Below are positions 10,857-21,151 of a stretch of 64,000 bases of DNA, piece after piece. The notes under the pieces are model-generated. The model saw only the letters and a program-made list of their open reading frames with translations. It did no database searches and was not told where the DNA came from. Source of the DNA: Nitrosopumilus sp. GTDB taxonomy: Archaea > Thermoproteota > Nitrososphaeria > Nitrososphaerales > Nitrosopumilaceae. The first letter of the stretch is position 1, and the number at the start of each line of letters is the position of its first letter. Both the position numbers and the translations under genes were made by a program. Where the stretch lies: assembly GCA_965204345.1 (NCBI GenBank), contig OZ241981.1, positions 1,152,001 to 1,216,000 of the forward strand. The letters run 5' to 3'.

Positions 10857-11759
10857 ATGGACAATTTAGATATGAAAATTCTAAGTAGACTGTTGAATAA
10901 TTGCAGAGAATCTGACAGACAAATAGGCATAGAATTAGGCATGTCAGGTGGTGCAGTCAGAGCTAGAATCCGAAAAATGCAAGAAAATGAGATTATTGAA
11001 AAGTTTATTGTCAAAGTTGAACCTCCTGTGTTAGGCTATGGTGCATTGTACTTTGTGGTATCTGGAGAAAATATTTCAGAGATTTTAGAACAGGCAAATC
11101 TTGTAGGTGAACCATATTTTATGGTTCCATGTGTAGGTGGAATTACTGTTTGTGGTATTTCTATAAAAGACAATATGAATCAAAAAATTGAACTTGCAAA
11201 AAAATTGATGAAAGATGTCAGCGTTTTAACTATTTTTGAGGCAGAAAATCCGGGATTTGATTCAAATCTTACAAAAACAGACTTAGAAATTTTAAATGAG
11301 TTAATAAAAGATCCAAGACAAAAAATTGAGCAAATTGCAAGGAATGCAAAAATATCAACAAAAACAACAACCAGATGTATAGAAAAACTACATGAAAATG
11401 ACGGAATTCAGTTTACATTAGTATATGATCCAAAAAAAATTAAGAGTTTCATCCCACATGCAATATTAACGTGGATAGAAGGAGATCTAAAAGAAACGTT
11501 AGAAGATTTAAATAAATTATTCTCTGAATCGTATTTGCAAATTCCATTCATAGCAAAAAATCAAATTGTTTTATTCATGTATAGTGATGATATTTTCAAA
11601 ATGGATGAATCAACGCAGAAAGTTAGAAATGTTAAAAATATAAAATCAGCTGATTTATTCATTCCAAAAAAGATTTCATTTTATGGAAAATGGATAGAAA
11701 AAGCTATTATTGATTTTAAAAAATCTCCTAGATTACATTTATCATATCAAACAAATTAA
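10857..11759 (+). CDS. Lrp/AsnC-family regulator with duplicated HTH
   Basis: MDNLDMKILSRL...RIRKM and second TDLEILNELIKDPR repeat. Confidence 0.8.
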   Translation: MDNLDMKILSRLLNNCRESDRQIGIELGMSGGAVRARIRKMQENEIIEKFIVKVEPPVLGYGALYFVVSGENISEILEQANLVGEPYFMVPCVGGITVCGISIKDNMNQKIELAKKLMKDVSVLTIFEAENPGFDSNLTKTDLEILNELIKDPRQKIEQIARNAKISTKTTTRCIEKLHENDGIQFTLVYDPKKIKSFIPHAILTWIEGDLKETLEDLNKLFSESYLQIPFIAKNQIVLFMYSDDIFKMDESTQKVRNVKNIKSADLFIPKKISFYGKWIEKAIIDFKKSPRLHLSYQTN

Positions 11760-11784
11760 ATAATAAAAAATTTTTGTATCTTAT

Positions 11785-12300
11785 ATGAAGGAAACAAAGA
11801 TCTATGAAGGAAAAATTTTAAGTTTTAGTGTTTATGATGGAAAAATTAAGGGAAGAAAAATCAAAAGGGAGTATATCAAACATGGAGGGGCAGCGGCAAT
11901 GCTTGCTTTTGATGAAAATAAAAAAGTGATTCTAGTTAAACAGTACAGATATCCACACGGATATGTTTTAGAAATTCCGGCCGGAACACTAGAAAAAAAA
12001 GAGAAACCGATAAAATGTGCATTTAGAGAATTGGAAGAGGAAACAGGGTATAGGGCAAAAAAGATGACACCTTTGATAACTTATTATCCTTCAATTGGGT
12101 ATAATGCAGAGATAATTCATTGTTTTTTAGCCTCAGGATTGAAGAAAGTTGCAGATTTGAAGCTGGATGAAGATGAAATTCTGTCTGTAGTAAAAATAGA
12201 TTTCAAAAAAGTTCTATCTATGATAAAAACGGGTAAAATTCAAGATTCAAAAACAATTTGCGCCATTATGACATATGCCATAAAGAAAAAACTGTATTAG
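11785..12300 (+). CDS. NUDIX hydrolase (ADP-ribose pyrophosphatase-like)
   Basis: Nudix box [24 protein letters not shown]; QYRYP. Confidence 0.85.
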   Translation: MKETKIYEGKILSFSVYDGKIKGRKIKREYIKHGGAAAMLAFDENKKVILVKQYRYPHGYVLEIPAGTLEKKEKPIKCAFRELEEETGYRAKKMTPLITYYPSIGYNAEIIHCFLASGLKKVADLKLDEDEILSVVKIDFKKVLSMIKTGKIQDSKTICAIMTYAIKKKLY

Positions 12301-13283
12301 TTATTCATATTGTAAATAGGCTGTACAAGGTCTGCAAGATCGGCCCAAGATTGTGCAATTCTTTCAAACATGTATACTAGATCAAGAAAATCTAATGGGA
12401 TTTGTTTTTTAGTACCTAATTTAGTTCTGAGTAAACTGAGTTTATTTTCATATTGTTTATGCATGGATATAGCTTCAATTGCTAAAAATCTATCAGGTTT
12501 TGTAAATGCATCAATAGATTTTTCTGCAACTTTATTAAAATCTCTAACTACATCATAGATTTTCTTTGAATATTCTTTTGACAAAGAAAAATTAAGAATG
12601 AAATTTGATAATTCTACAATTGAGTCTCCTGCATTTTCAAGAACACTGGCTGCTACTCTATAATCTAAGATATCTATATTTTCTAGGTTAAATGCACTGG
12701 CTAGCCTCCTATCAACAAGGGTACTTCTGATTAAACGGACAAGCAAGAAATATTGTCTATTAACTTCAACATCACGTTTTGATAGAGTTTGTAGATTAGA
12801 TTTGTCATCAGAGAGTAATCCAGTTAATACATCATCATACATGCCAAGTGCAATAGAGCTCATTCGTTTGAGAATTTTTGCAGGGTTAAGAGTCGTAGCA
12901 TCTAAAAGAAATTGCATGTTGATATGAGAAGCATCCTCTTCAATTATTTCCATTCCAACTAATCGTCTCATAGAATTACGGATTTTTTCTCTATCCTTAC
13001 CGGGAATAATAGATTTGGAATTAATTACAATAACATCATATCCTAAAAGATATGCGCCTGTGATGTTTGCAACAATATTTTCTTCTTTAGGTAACGGATA
13101 AGAGATTACAAGCTCTTTGGTAGGTCTAGTTTCTTTATTTGCAGAAATAGAAATATTATCCTGGCCGGTTTCAATTTCCACCTGACTGCTTTTATCAAGA
13201 TTATTTGCGTCAACCCACTCTTTAGGCAAAGATACTAGAATGCTGCTTCCAATTCTCTGTAGGCGTCGAACAAATTTAGTCAA
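12297..13283 (-). CDS. Archaeal AbrB-PhoU phosphate-uptake regulator
   Basis: [18 protein letters not shown] AbrB N-terminus plus two PhoU repeats (LENAGD, FERIA). Confidence 0.85.
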   Translation of the reverse strand: MTKFVRRLQRIGSSILVSLPKEWVDANNLDKSSQVEIETGQDNISISANKETRPTKELVISYPLPKEENIVANITGAYLLGYDVIVINSKSIIPGKDREKIRNSMRRLVGMEIIEEDASHINMQFLLDATTLNPAKILKRMSSIALGMYDDVLTGLLSDDKSNLQTLSKRDVEVNRQYFLLVRLIRSTLVDRRLASAFNLENIDILDYRVAASVLENAGDSIVELSNFILNFSLSKEYSKKIYDVVRDFNKVAEKSIDAFTKPDRFLAIEAISMHKQYENKLSLLRTKLGTKKQIPLDFLDLVYMFERIAQSWADLADLVQPIYNMNN

Positions 13284-13348
13284 TTTATACTAATTTAATT
13301 AATTTAATCCATATTCTTATATTTTGTGTAAAATTTAAACTCAGATTA

Positions 13349-14260
13349 ATGGAGGCAAAAGCATTTTGTCCAGCACATATCACCGGATTCTTCAAAGCAT
13401 GCTTGTACGACAATCAAAATAATTTAGAAAATTTGGGCTCTATGGGAGCAGGCTTTTCAATTAAACAGGGAGTTACTACGAGAGTAAAAATTCAAAGTAA
13501 AAAAGATCAAACATCTAATTTCAGAATTACAACACATGGATATCAATCAGATAAAACTGATGTTTCTGAATTTGTTCTAAGTGAATTCTTAAAACTAGGA
13601 GAATTTTCAAATCATTTTTTTGAAATAGAGCACAACATATCAATTCCAGTGGGATACGGCTTGGGTTCTAGTGGTGCTGTGGCATTATCACTATCATATG
13701 CGCTAAACCAAGCTCTTCAAACCAAATTAGAAAAAACAGCAATTGGCAAAATTGCACATAATGCAGAAGTCAGTTGCAAAACAGGCTTAGGGGATGTTTT
13801 AGCGTCATATCATGGAGGATTTGAAATTCGTGTCAAACCTGGAGCGCCAGGTGTTGGTCATGTTGAAAAGATATCAACAGAAAAAATATCAATCATTATG
13901 ATTTGTTTTTCTCCAATTTCTACAAACAGATTCATCAAAGAACAATTATCTCAAATTAACGGATTAGGTGGAAAAATGGTAAATCGATTGTTAGAATCAA
14001 AAAATTATGAGAATTTTCAAGATATGTCATTAGAATTTGCAGAATATGCCAACGTGATGACCCCAAGAATGCAAAAAGTGATAGAAAAATTATCAAAAAA
14101 CAATATCAAATGTGGAATAGCCCTTTTTGGCGAAACAATTTTTTCAATGGTACCACAAAGAGAGGAATCCAAAGTTGTGGAAATTTTACAAAAATATTCC
14201 GATGGAATAATAATCCAATCAGAACTAGACGACAACGGAGCAAGAGTCCTTGTTAATTAA
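13349..14260 (+). CDS. Pantoate kinase (GHMP family)
   Basis: AFCPAHITGFF, GSMGAG, PVGYGLGSSG, TGLGDV; heads the CoA cluster. Confidence 0.88.
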   Translation: MEAKAFCPAHITGFFKACLYDNQNNLENLGSMGAGFSIKQGVTTRVKIQSKKDQTSNFRITTHGYQSDKTDVSEFVLSEFLKLGEFSNHFFEIEHNISIPVGYGLGSSGAVALSLSYALNQALQTKLEKTAIGKIAHNAEVSCKTGLGDVLASYHGGFEIRVKPGAPGVGHVEKISTEKISIIMICFSPISTNRFIKEQLSQINGLGGKMVNRLLESKNYENFQDMSLEFAEYANVMTPRMQKVIEKLSKNNIKCGIALFGETIFSMVPQREESKVVEILQKYSDGIIIQSELDDNGARVLVN

Positions 14261-14269
14261 TTAGAAATC

Positions 14270-15034
14270 ATGCCATTAATTCCCAAATCTCATCCAAGAG
14301 CAAAATCCTTGTTAATTCGTGAAAAATTAGTTGACGGATTTGACAAGGGATTGGTAGCTAAGGAAGGACTCTTGGCTCAAGGTAGAGGTGAAGCGTTTGA
14401 TTACCTTCTAGGAGAAAAAACAGGCAAAGCCGCATTGCGTGCAATCAAGGTGGCAGCAGCACAGTTACTTTTAGCAGAAATGCCTGTAATTTCAGTCAAT
14501 GGAAATATTGCAGCGTTATGTCCAAAACAAATTGTCAGACTAGCAAATCAAATTAAAGCAAAACTAGAGGTGAACCTATTTTATACCAATGAAAAAAGAA
14601 AACAGGCGATTGTAAAAATTCTCAAAAAAAATGGCGCAGGCAGAGTTTTAGGTACAAAAAGTACCTCGTCTAAAAAACTAGCAGAGGTGGATTCGGCAAG
14701 ACGAATTGTAGATAAAGACGGAATTTTTGTGGCAGACGTTGTTGTGGTTCCATTAGAAGACGGTGATAGGACTATGGCACTTAGAAAAGCTGGTAAGATA
14801 GTTATCACGTTTGATCTAAATCCACTTTCAAGAACCTCACAGACGGCAAATATTACAATTGTGGATAACGTGACAAGGGCAATTGACTTGTTAATTAACG
14901 AATCAAAAAAACTCTCAAGAAAGAATCAAAAAAGCCTTTTAAAAATTATTGATGAATTTGATAATAAAAAAAATCTAAGAGAGAATGTTATTCAAATAAA
15001 AAATAATTTAACAAGGAGAGCAAGAATTGCATAA
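14270..15034 (+). CDS. 4-phosphopantoate--beta-alanine ligase (phosphopantothenate synthetase)
   Basis: IPKSHPR, GRGEAFDYLLGE, PVISVNGN, VPLEDGDR, DLNPLSRT. Confidence 0.92.
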   Translation: MPLIPKSHPRAKSLLIREKLVDGFDKGLVAKEGLLAQGRGEAFDYLLGEKTGKAALRAIKVAAAQLLLAEMPVISVNGNIAALCPKQIVRLANQIKAKLEVNLFYTNEKRKQAIVKILKKNGAGRVLGTKSTSSKKLAEVDSARRIVDKDGIFVADVVVVPLEDGDRTMALRKAGKIVITFDLNPLSRTSQTANITIVDNVTRAIDLLINESKKLSRKNQKSLLKIIDEFDNKKNLRENVIQIKNNLTRRARIA

Positions 15035-15866
15035 AACCGTTGAAGATATAATTAAGATGAAAAAAGAAAAGAAGAGGATTTCAGTTATAACAAGTTACGA
15101 TTACACTTTAGCCTCACTGTGTGATAAAGCTGGAATTGATGTCATGTTGGTAGGTGATAGTGCAGGAATGGTAATGTTGGGATATGAAAATACAATTCCC
15201 GTAACCATGGATCAAATGTGCATGTTTACAGAATCTGTTAGCAGGGCAAGAAAAGATTCCCTACTTGTTTCAGACTTGCCTTTCATGTCATATCAAGCTA
15301 GTATTGAAGATGCCATAAATAATTCTGGCAGGTTAATCAAAGCTGGGGCAGATGCAGTAAAGCTTGAGGGCGGATCAATGATGGCCGAAACAATTAGTGC
15401 CATTGTAGATGTGGGAATTCCAGTCATGGGACATATTGGATTACAGCCTCAAACCACAATGCTGTCAGAAGGCTACAAGGTTCAAGGCAAAACAAAAGAT
15501 TCTGCAATGAAGTTAATCGGGGATGCAAAAGAGCTTGAAGACGCAGGAGTTTTCAGCATTGCTTTAGAGATGGTTAGCCGTGAAGTTGCTCAGATAATTT
15601 CTGAAACAGTTAGTGTGCCTGTTATAGGAATTGGTTCGGGAGTAGGCTGTGACGGTCAGGTACTTGTCGTTCAGGATTTACTGGGCATGTATGATAAGAT
15701 AAAACCGAAATTTGCAAAAAGATACATGAATCTATCCGAAGATATTGTAAAATCGCTTGAAAGTTATAAAAACGATGTAAAGTCTGGGGAATTTCCGGCC
15801 AAAGAAAATTCATTTGCAATGAACGAGAAAGAATTGGAAAAATTACGTGAACATCTTGGTAGCTAA
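15027..15866 (+). CDS. panB: 3-methyl-2-oxobutanoate hydroxymethyltransferase
   Basis: TSYDY, LVGDSAG, DLPFMSY, AVKLEGG, GHIGLQPQ, DGQVLV. Confidence 0.95.
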   Translation: MHKTVEDIIKMKKEKKRISVITSYDYTLASLCDKAGIDVMLVGDSAGMVMLGYENTIPVTMDQMCMFTESVSRARKDSLLVSDLPFMSYQASIEDAINNSGRLIKAGADAVKLEGGSMMAETISAIVDVGIPVMGHIGLQPQTTMLSEGYKVQGKTKDSAMKLIGDAKELEDAGVFSIALEMVSREVAQIISETVSVPVIGIGSGVGCDGQVLVVQDLLGMYDKIKPKFAKRYMNLSEDIVKSLESYKNDVKSGEFPAKENSFAMNEKELEKLREHLGS

Positions 15867-17109
15867 AAGGAAGATAAAGAAAAAAGATCATCCATCCTTG
15901 GATATAGTGGGCTCATATGGAATTGAATTGTCTGGGAAAAAGATTGTGCTTTGTGTTACAGGTAGTGTTGCAGCATACAAAGCAATAGAACTTGCAAGAT
16001 TGCTAATGAGACATGGTGCAGATGTTAAATGTGTAACAAGTAATGCAGTTACAAAATTAATTCAGCCAGAATATTTCAAATGGGCTACAGGAAACAAAGT
16101 AATAACAAAACTTACTGGTGAGTTAGAACATATCATGTTGGCAGACTATAACCAATCAGATCTAATAATAGTATATCCTGCAACTGCAAATACGTTAGGA
16201 AAATTGGCAAATGGGATTGATGATACGCCTGTATCAACAGTACTTACAGTAGGCTTTGGATCAAAAATTCCAATTTTGATGTGTCTTGCTATGCACGCAT
16301 CAATGTATGAAAATTCGGCGGTTAAAAAAAATATTGGATTTTTGAAAAATAAAATTGAGTTTGTTTCTCCTCAAATTATTGAAGGCAAAGCAAAGTCTCC
16401 TGAACCTGAGGATGTCCTGGAAAATGTATTAAGAAGGTTTGGATTTTCATCTGCATTAAAAAATAAAAAAGTACTAATGACTGCCGGACCTACAATTGAA
16501 CACATAGATCCGATACGAGTAATTACAAACCAAAGTTCTGGAAAAACAGGAATTAGTTTGGCATCAGAATTAATTTCTGCAGGAGCAAAAGTGACTTTGA
16601 TTTATGGACCAGGGGAAGAAAAACCGCCAAAAGGTGCCAAAATTATCAATGTTTTATCTAGCAAAGAAATGCATGTGGCAGTAAAAACAGAATTAAGGAA
16701 AAAATTTGACATTGTAATTATGGCTGCTGCAGTTTCAGATTACGTTCCTTCTGTTCGGAGTAAAAAGAAAATCAAGAGCTCAAGCTCCAGCATGAGTATT
16801 AGGCTTGAAAAAACTCCTAAAATCATAGATCAAATAAAAAAATATCAAAAAGATCTCTTTTTAGTAGGATTTAAAGCTGAAACAAATTTAACAAAAACTC
16901 AACTAATCAAATCAGCAGAAAAAAAATTAAAGGAAGCATCTGCTGATATGATAATTGCAAACGATATAGGTGCCTCCAGATACAGGAAAAATCCTCAAAA
17001 TAATCAGATTATTATTATTAGTTCAGGAAAAAACATTGTCTCAAAATGGACAAATAAAGAAAAAATTTCTAAACTTATTAAAAAAGAAATTGAAAATAAA
17101 ATCAAATGA
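15847..17109 (+). CDS. coaBC: Bifunctional PPC decarboxylase/PPC synthetase
   Basis: GSVAAYKA, PATANTLGK, TAGPTIEHIDPIRVITNQSSGKTG, AAVSDY, VGFKAET. Confidence 0.95.
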   Translation: MNILVAKRKIKKKDHPSLDIVGSYGIELSGKKIVLCVTGSVAAYKAIELARLLMRHGADVKCVTSNAVTKLIQPEYFKWATGNKVITKLTGELEHIMLADYNQSDLIIVYPATANTLGKLANGIDDTPVSTVLTVGFGSKIPILMCLAMHASMYENSAVKKNIGFLKNKIEFVSPQIIEGKAKSPEPEDVLENVLRRFGFSSALKNKKVLMTAGPTIEHIDPIRVITNQSSGKTGISLASELISAGAKVTLIYGPGEEKPPKGAKIINVLSSKEMHVAVKTELRKKFDIVIMAAAVSDYVPSVRSKKKIKSSSSSMSIRLEKTPKIIDQIKKYQKDLFLVGFKAETNLTKTQLIKSAEKKLKEASADMIIANDIGASRYRKNPQNNQIIIISSGKNIVSKWTNKEKISKLIKKEIENKIK

Positions 17110-17273
17110 AAAAATCTGAACTAAGAAGATTGGTTGCAGAATATAAAGAAAATAACTTAAAATTTCTTAAATCAAATGACATCAAATTAAAAGAAAAAAT
17201 TAGTGAAATTGAACATAGATACTATCATGAAACTGGTAGAAATTTAAAATCAGATTTAGAAGAGATTACATAA
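17106..17273 (+). CDS. 55-aa basic hypothetical protein (MKKSELRRLVAEYK...EIEHRYYHETGRNLKSDLEEIT)
   Basis: ATGA overlap with the coaBC stop; fills the gap before the methyltransferase; absent from ORF track. Confidence 0.65.
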   Translation: MKKSELRRLVAEYKENNLKFLKSNDIKLKEKISEIEHRYYHETGRNLKSDLEEIT

Positions 17274-17296
17274 AATAGATCAGATATTATACAATT

Positions 17297-18148
17297 ATGT
17301 ATAAGATGAAATTAGTTCATTCAGAATACAAACAACGAAATATGAAAATTTGGAATGAGGTTGCCCCAAGATATCATAAGAGATGGGCCAGCGTAAATAA
17401 AGGGCCATTTCAAAGTACAAAAAAACTAGTGGAGTTGGTAAATATCAGCAAAGATGATGTGGTGTTAGATGTTGCATGTGGTACGGGAGTAGTTACAAAT
17501 GAAATTCGAAAAAAAATTGGAAAATCAGGATACGTTGTAGGAATAGACACTTCAAGTACGGCAATTAAAATTGCAAAAAAATGGAATGGGAAAAAATCAA
17601 ATGTAAATTTTGCAAATATAGATGCAGAAAAATTCAATTTTTCTAAGAAATTTGATGTTGTTACCTGTCAATATGCTTTGTTTTTCTTTCCTGATGCACA
17701 AAAAGCGTTAAAAAATATGAAGAATAGCCTCAAAAAATCAGGAAGGATAGGGGTTTCTGTTCATGGAAGTAAAGACGCTGTTCCTTTCTTTAGTAGTATT
17801 ATTGATTCAGTTATCAAGTATATTCCAGATTATGTTCCACCAGGTTCACCAGATCTTGATAGATTTGGAACAAAATCAGCCTTGAGAAGAGAGGCAAAGA
17901 AAGCTGGGTTTTCAAAAATCATGGTAAAGGATTATGTTTTTTATTTCAGTCCAGGAAAATTTGAGGATTATTGGAAAAATTATCTAAAATACATTGCAAA
18001 GCCGCTAAAAGAAAAGCTAAACGAGTTGGATTATTCAAAAAGAAAAGAGTTGAAACAGCTAGTCAAAGACAAAACATTACAGTACACGAAGGAAAATGGA
18101 GAGATTTTATTTCCTTGGCAAGTTTTAATTCTAGGTGCTAAAAATTAG
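17297..18148 (+). CDS. Class I SAM-dependent methyltransferase (UbiE-like)
   Basis: VLDVACGTG, VVGID, FDVVTC, LKKSG. Confidence 0.85.
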   Translation: MYKMKLVHSEYKQRNMKIWNEVAPRYHKRWASVNKGPFQSTKKLVELVNISKDDVVLDVACGTGVVTNEIRKKIGKSGYVVGIDTSSTAIKIAKKWNGKKSNVNFANIDAEKFNFSKKFDVVTCQYALFFFPDAQKALKNMKNSLKKSGRIGVSVHGSKDAVPFFSSIIDSVIKYIPDYVPPGSPDLDRFGTKSALRREAKKAGFSKIMVKDYVFYFSPGKFEDYWKNYLKYIAKPLKEKLNELDYSKRKELKQLVKDKTLQYTKENGEILFPWQVLILGAKN

Positions 18149-18159
18149 ATTGAAGGGAT

Positions 18160-18642
18160 ATGGGTAAAGAAAGTAAGAAAAAAGAGGATAAACCAAAAAA
18201 GAATGATTTAAAGTCATTTTTGAAAAAGAGAGCTCCAATCTATCTTGCTTTGATCGCAATATTAGTGGTGTTTGTAATTCCTGAGTATACCAAGGGAACA
18301 CTAGAGAAGAGTTTTCCGGAATTCTCAGTTGAAGAGAAACAAGTGGTTGATATTTTAATGAAATATGACGGTCCAAATAATGATGGATTAACAGTCTTAG
18401 AAGCATTAGAGAATAAAATCAGCGAGGAATATCCCAATGAGAAGATCTTTGATCATAAGAAAACAATGGTTGATTTAGTTGTAACAAATATAGATTCTGA
18501 AAAATATAAGGTGAATTTTAATTTTAAATCATATAATGGCGAAATGAATTATGATTGGAATGTGGATATAATTTCTGAGGAGATTTCTTCTAACAATCCA
18601 GAAGCAAAGCACATAATTGATGTAGTTAATTATTACGACTAG
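18160..18642 (+). CDS. Membrane-anchored hypothetical protein
   Basis: Basic N-terminus, one TM helix, acidic ectodomain. Confidence 0.6.
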   Translation: MGKESKKKEDKPKKNDLKSFLKKRAPIYLALIAILVVFVIPEYTKGTLEKSFPEFSVEEKQVVDILMKYDGPNNDGLTVLEALENKISEEYPNEKIFDHKKTMVDLVVTNIDSEKYKVNFNFKSYNGEMNYDWNVDIISEEISSNNPEAKHIIDVVNYYD

Positions 18643-18646
18643 AAAT

Positions 18647-19711
18647 CTAAATTGTGACCAGATCCTTAGTAAATTTATGCATTATAATTGGTTTATCCTT
18701 TACAATCAACGAGTCCTCTATTCTTATTCCAAATTTATTTGGAATGTAGATTCCAGGTTCTACAGTAATTGCCATGTTTGTTTTTAATTTTGTACTGCTT
18801 CTGTAAGAAACGGTTGGGAGCTCATGTACTTCTAATCCAATTCCATGACCTGTCGAATGAATGAAATATTTGCCATAATTTTTTTCTTCAATGTATTTTC
18901 TACATGCAGCATCCACGTCCTTGCAATCAATATTTGGTTTTACCGCTTTTAAACCAAGTCTTTGTGATTCTTTAACAATTTCATATGCCTCATTTTCTCG
19001 TGGTGAAATTTTTCCCAATGCAAATGTTCTAGTTGCATCAGAAACATATCCTTTGTATCTTAATGTAAGATCAGTTACAATCAGATCACCTTTTTTGAAT
19101 TTTCTGTTTGTTACCTGAGCATGTGGAAGTGCACCATTTGGACCGCCCGCAATGATTAACGGGTTAAGGGTTGATTTGTATGCCGTATCAAACATTTCTT
19201 GTTGCATTGCATATGTCATTAGAATTGTTTGTAATTCTGATTCTTTTTGACCAACTTTCATCTTTTTTGAACAAATTTGGAACATTTCATCAATGATTTT
19301 TGATGCTTTTTTGAGAATTTGAATCTCTTTTTCATCTTTTATGATGCGAGCATTGTAAAATGGTTCAGTTGATGACTTGATTTTTGGGATTGATTTTTTT
19401 AGTGACATCATTATAGAGTGGTTTTGGCAATCAGTACAAACCCGATTTTTCTTTGTTTTTTTAATAACTGAAGAAATTAGGCCTTCTCCCCTCTCGGCAG
19501 TAACTACGTTACAATCTTCAGATTCTTCTTTTGCTCTTTGAACTTCAAGTTCGGGAGCAATAATGGTAGTTTTTCCATTCTTTTCTAGTAGACCAACTGC
19601 CTCACCCCAAAATCCAGTCATGTAAAATAAATTTTCAGGCTCAAATATTACTAGCGTATCGCAATCGATCTTTTGAGCATATTTGAGAAGATTCTTTCTG
19701 CGTTGCTTCAT
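18647..19711 (-). CDS. Xaa-Pro aminopeptidase/dipeptidase (M24B)
   Basis: SDATRT, HSTGHGIGLEVHE, TVEPGIY, GIRIED. Confidence 0.92.
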   Translation of the reverse strand: MKQRRKNLLKYAQKIDCDTLVIFEPENLFYMTGFWGEAVGLLEKNGKTTIIAPELEVQRAKEESEDCNVVTAERGEGLISSVIKKTKKNRVCTDCQNHSIMMSLKKSIPKIKSSTEPFYNARIIKDEKEIQILKKASKIIDEMFQICSKKMKVGQKESELQTILMTYAMQQEMFDTAYKSTLNPLIIAGGPNGALPHAQVTNRKFKKGDLIVTDLTLRYKGYVSDATRTFALGKISPRENEAYEIVKESQRLGLKAVKPNIDCKDVDAACRKYIEEKNYGKYFIHSTGHGIGLEVHELPTVSYRSSTKLKTNMAITVEPGIYIPNKFGIRIEDSLIVKDKPIIMHKFTKDLVTI

Positions 19712-19737
19712 ACAGAGACACTTGCATTTCTCAATTT

Positions 19738-20799
19738 ATGTATGATGTAAAGTTTGTATATGGAAAATTAAACTTGATCGCTGTGCCTGAAGATAAGGAG
19801 AAGAAGAAGAAGGTAGTTGCCCTACTGTCTGGAGGATTAGATAGCCAACTCGCTGTAAGAATGATGCAGGAACAAGGCTTTGATGTTTCAGCTGTTGCAA
19901 TTAAAACTCCATTTTGTGATTTTGATTGTGGAAGAGGTTGCGGTTTTGAAATTAGAGAAAGAGCAGACGATCTCAATGTAGATTTAAAAACAGTTTATCT
20001 CGGTGATGAGTATATTGAGATGTTAAAACATCCAAAGCACGGCATTGGTGCCGGATTTAACCCGTGTGTTGATTGTAGAACAATGATGTTTGATGCTGCA
20101 AAAAAACATATGGAAGAAATTGGTGCAGAATTTATTATTTCAGGGGAGGTGCTGGGCCAACGTCCAATGAGTCAACATGCACCATCATTACATATCATAG
20201 AGAATGAATCCAACTTAAAGGGAAAAATTGTTAGGCCCTTGTCTGCGGGATTACTGCCGCCCTCAGATGCTGAGAAAGATGGCTTGATCAAAAGAGAAAA
20301 TCTCGGAATGATTAAGGGAAGACAAAGAAAAATTCAAATGAAAATGGCCAAAGAATACGGAATTGAAAATCCGCCCAATGCAGGTGGCGGTTGTTTGTTA
20401 ACAGAACCGCAATTCGGAATCAAAGCTAAGGATTTGTTTGATCATATTGAAACCCCCACAATTAACGAAATTGATTTGTTAAAAATTGGAAGACATTTTA
20501 GATTGGATGAAGAAACAAAATTTGTCGTTGGAAGAAACAAAGATGAGAATGAAATGATAAAAGCACTGGCATTGCCCGAAGATATTTTGCTTGAAGCTAA
20601 AGATTACGTGGGACCAGTTTCAATATTACGTGGCAAGAATGCAAAATTGCATGTAGAATTTGCAGCAACTGTAACACTGAGATATTCAGATGCACCAAAA
20701 ACTGAACATAGTATTATTTCGGTTAAAAACGGAGATTCAGTTAAAGAAGTTAATGCAAAATGTGCAGAAGAGCAATCTTATATTAAATTTAGAATGTAG
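19738..20799 (+). CDS. ThiI/MnmA-like PP-loop tRNA thiolation protein
   Basis: LSGGLDS PP-loop, NPCVDCR, GEVLGQRPMSQ, AGGGCLLT; true start may be a few codons downstream. Confidence 0.75.
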   Translation: MYDVKFVYGKLNLIAVPEDKEKKKKVVALLSGGLDSQLAVRMMQEQGFDVSAVAIKTPFCDFDCGRGCGFEIRERADDLNVDLKTVYLGDEYIEMLKHPKHGIGAGFNPCVDCRTMMFDAAKKHMEEIGAEFIISGEVLGQRPMSQHAPSLHIIENESNLKGKIVRPLSAGLLPPSDAEKDGLIKRENLGMIKGRQRKIQMKMAKEYGIENPPNAGGGCLLTEPQFGIKAKDLFDHIETPTINEIDLLKIGRHFRLDEETKFVVGRNKDENEMIKALALPEDILLEAKDYVGPVSILRGKNAKLHVEFAATVTLRYSDAPKTEHSIISVKNGDSVKEVNAKCAEEQSYIKFRM

Positions 20800-20872
20800 G
20801 CGTGAAATTTTTTAAAAATTAGTTAAAACTAAGGAAGAGTTTTTGAGGAAGTAGATCTCATTTTCAACAAGG

Positions 20873-21151
20873 ATGCAAAAACAGGAAAATTCCACATATC
20901 TAAAGGCTATAACAATTAGGGATGTCAGTGATGTCCATTCTATCAAGGAAGATATCAAAAAAAACATGATTTTGATTCTAAGAGTCACACCGCTGGCACA
21001 AAAAGATGTCGAACAGCTTCGTAAAGTAGTGGAAGAGTTGTATTCTATTGCAAAGGCCGAAAATGCTGAAATTGCAAGATTAGGAGAAGAAAGAATTATT
21101 GTTGCTCCATCTGGCATTAAAATTTGGAAACCCGAATACGATCTAAAATAA
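20873..21151 (+). CDS. sepF: Cell division protein SepF (archaeal DUF552 type)
   Basis: 92 aa; ILILRVTPL...IARLGEERIIVAPSGIKI. Confidence 0.8.
   Translation: MQKQENSTYLKAITIRDVSDVHSIKEDIKKNMILILRVTPLAQKDVEQLRKVVEELYSIAKAENAEIARLGEERIIVAPSGIKIWKPEYDLK

Noticed and set aside
13349-17109. PoK-PPS-panB-coaBC cluster as a novelty
   Set aside because: Well-established archaeal CoA pathway.
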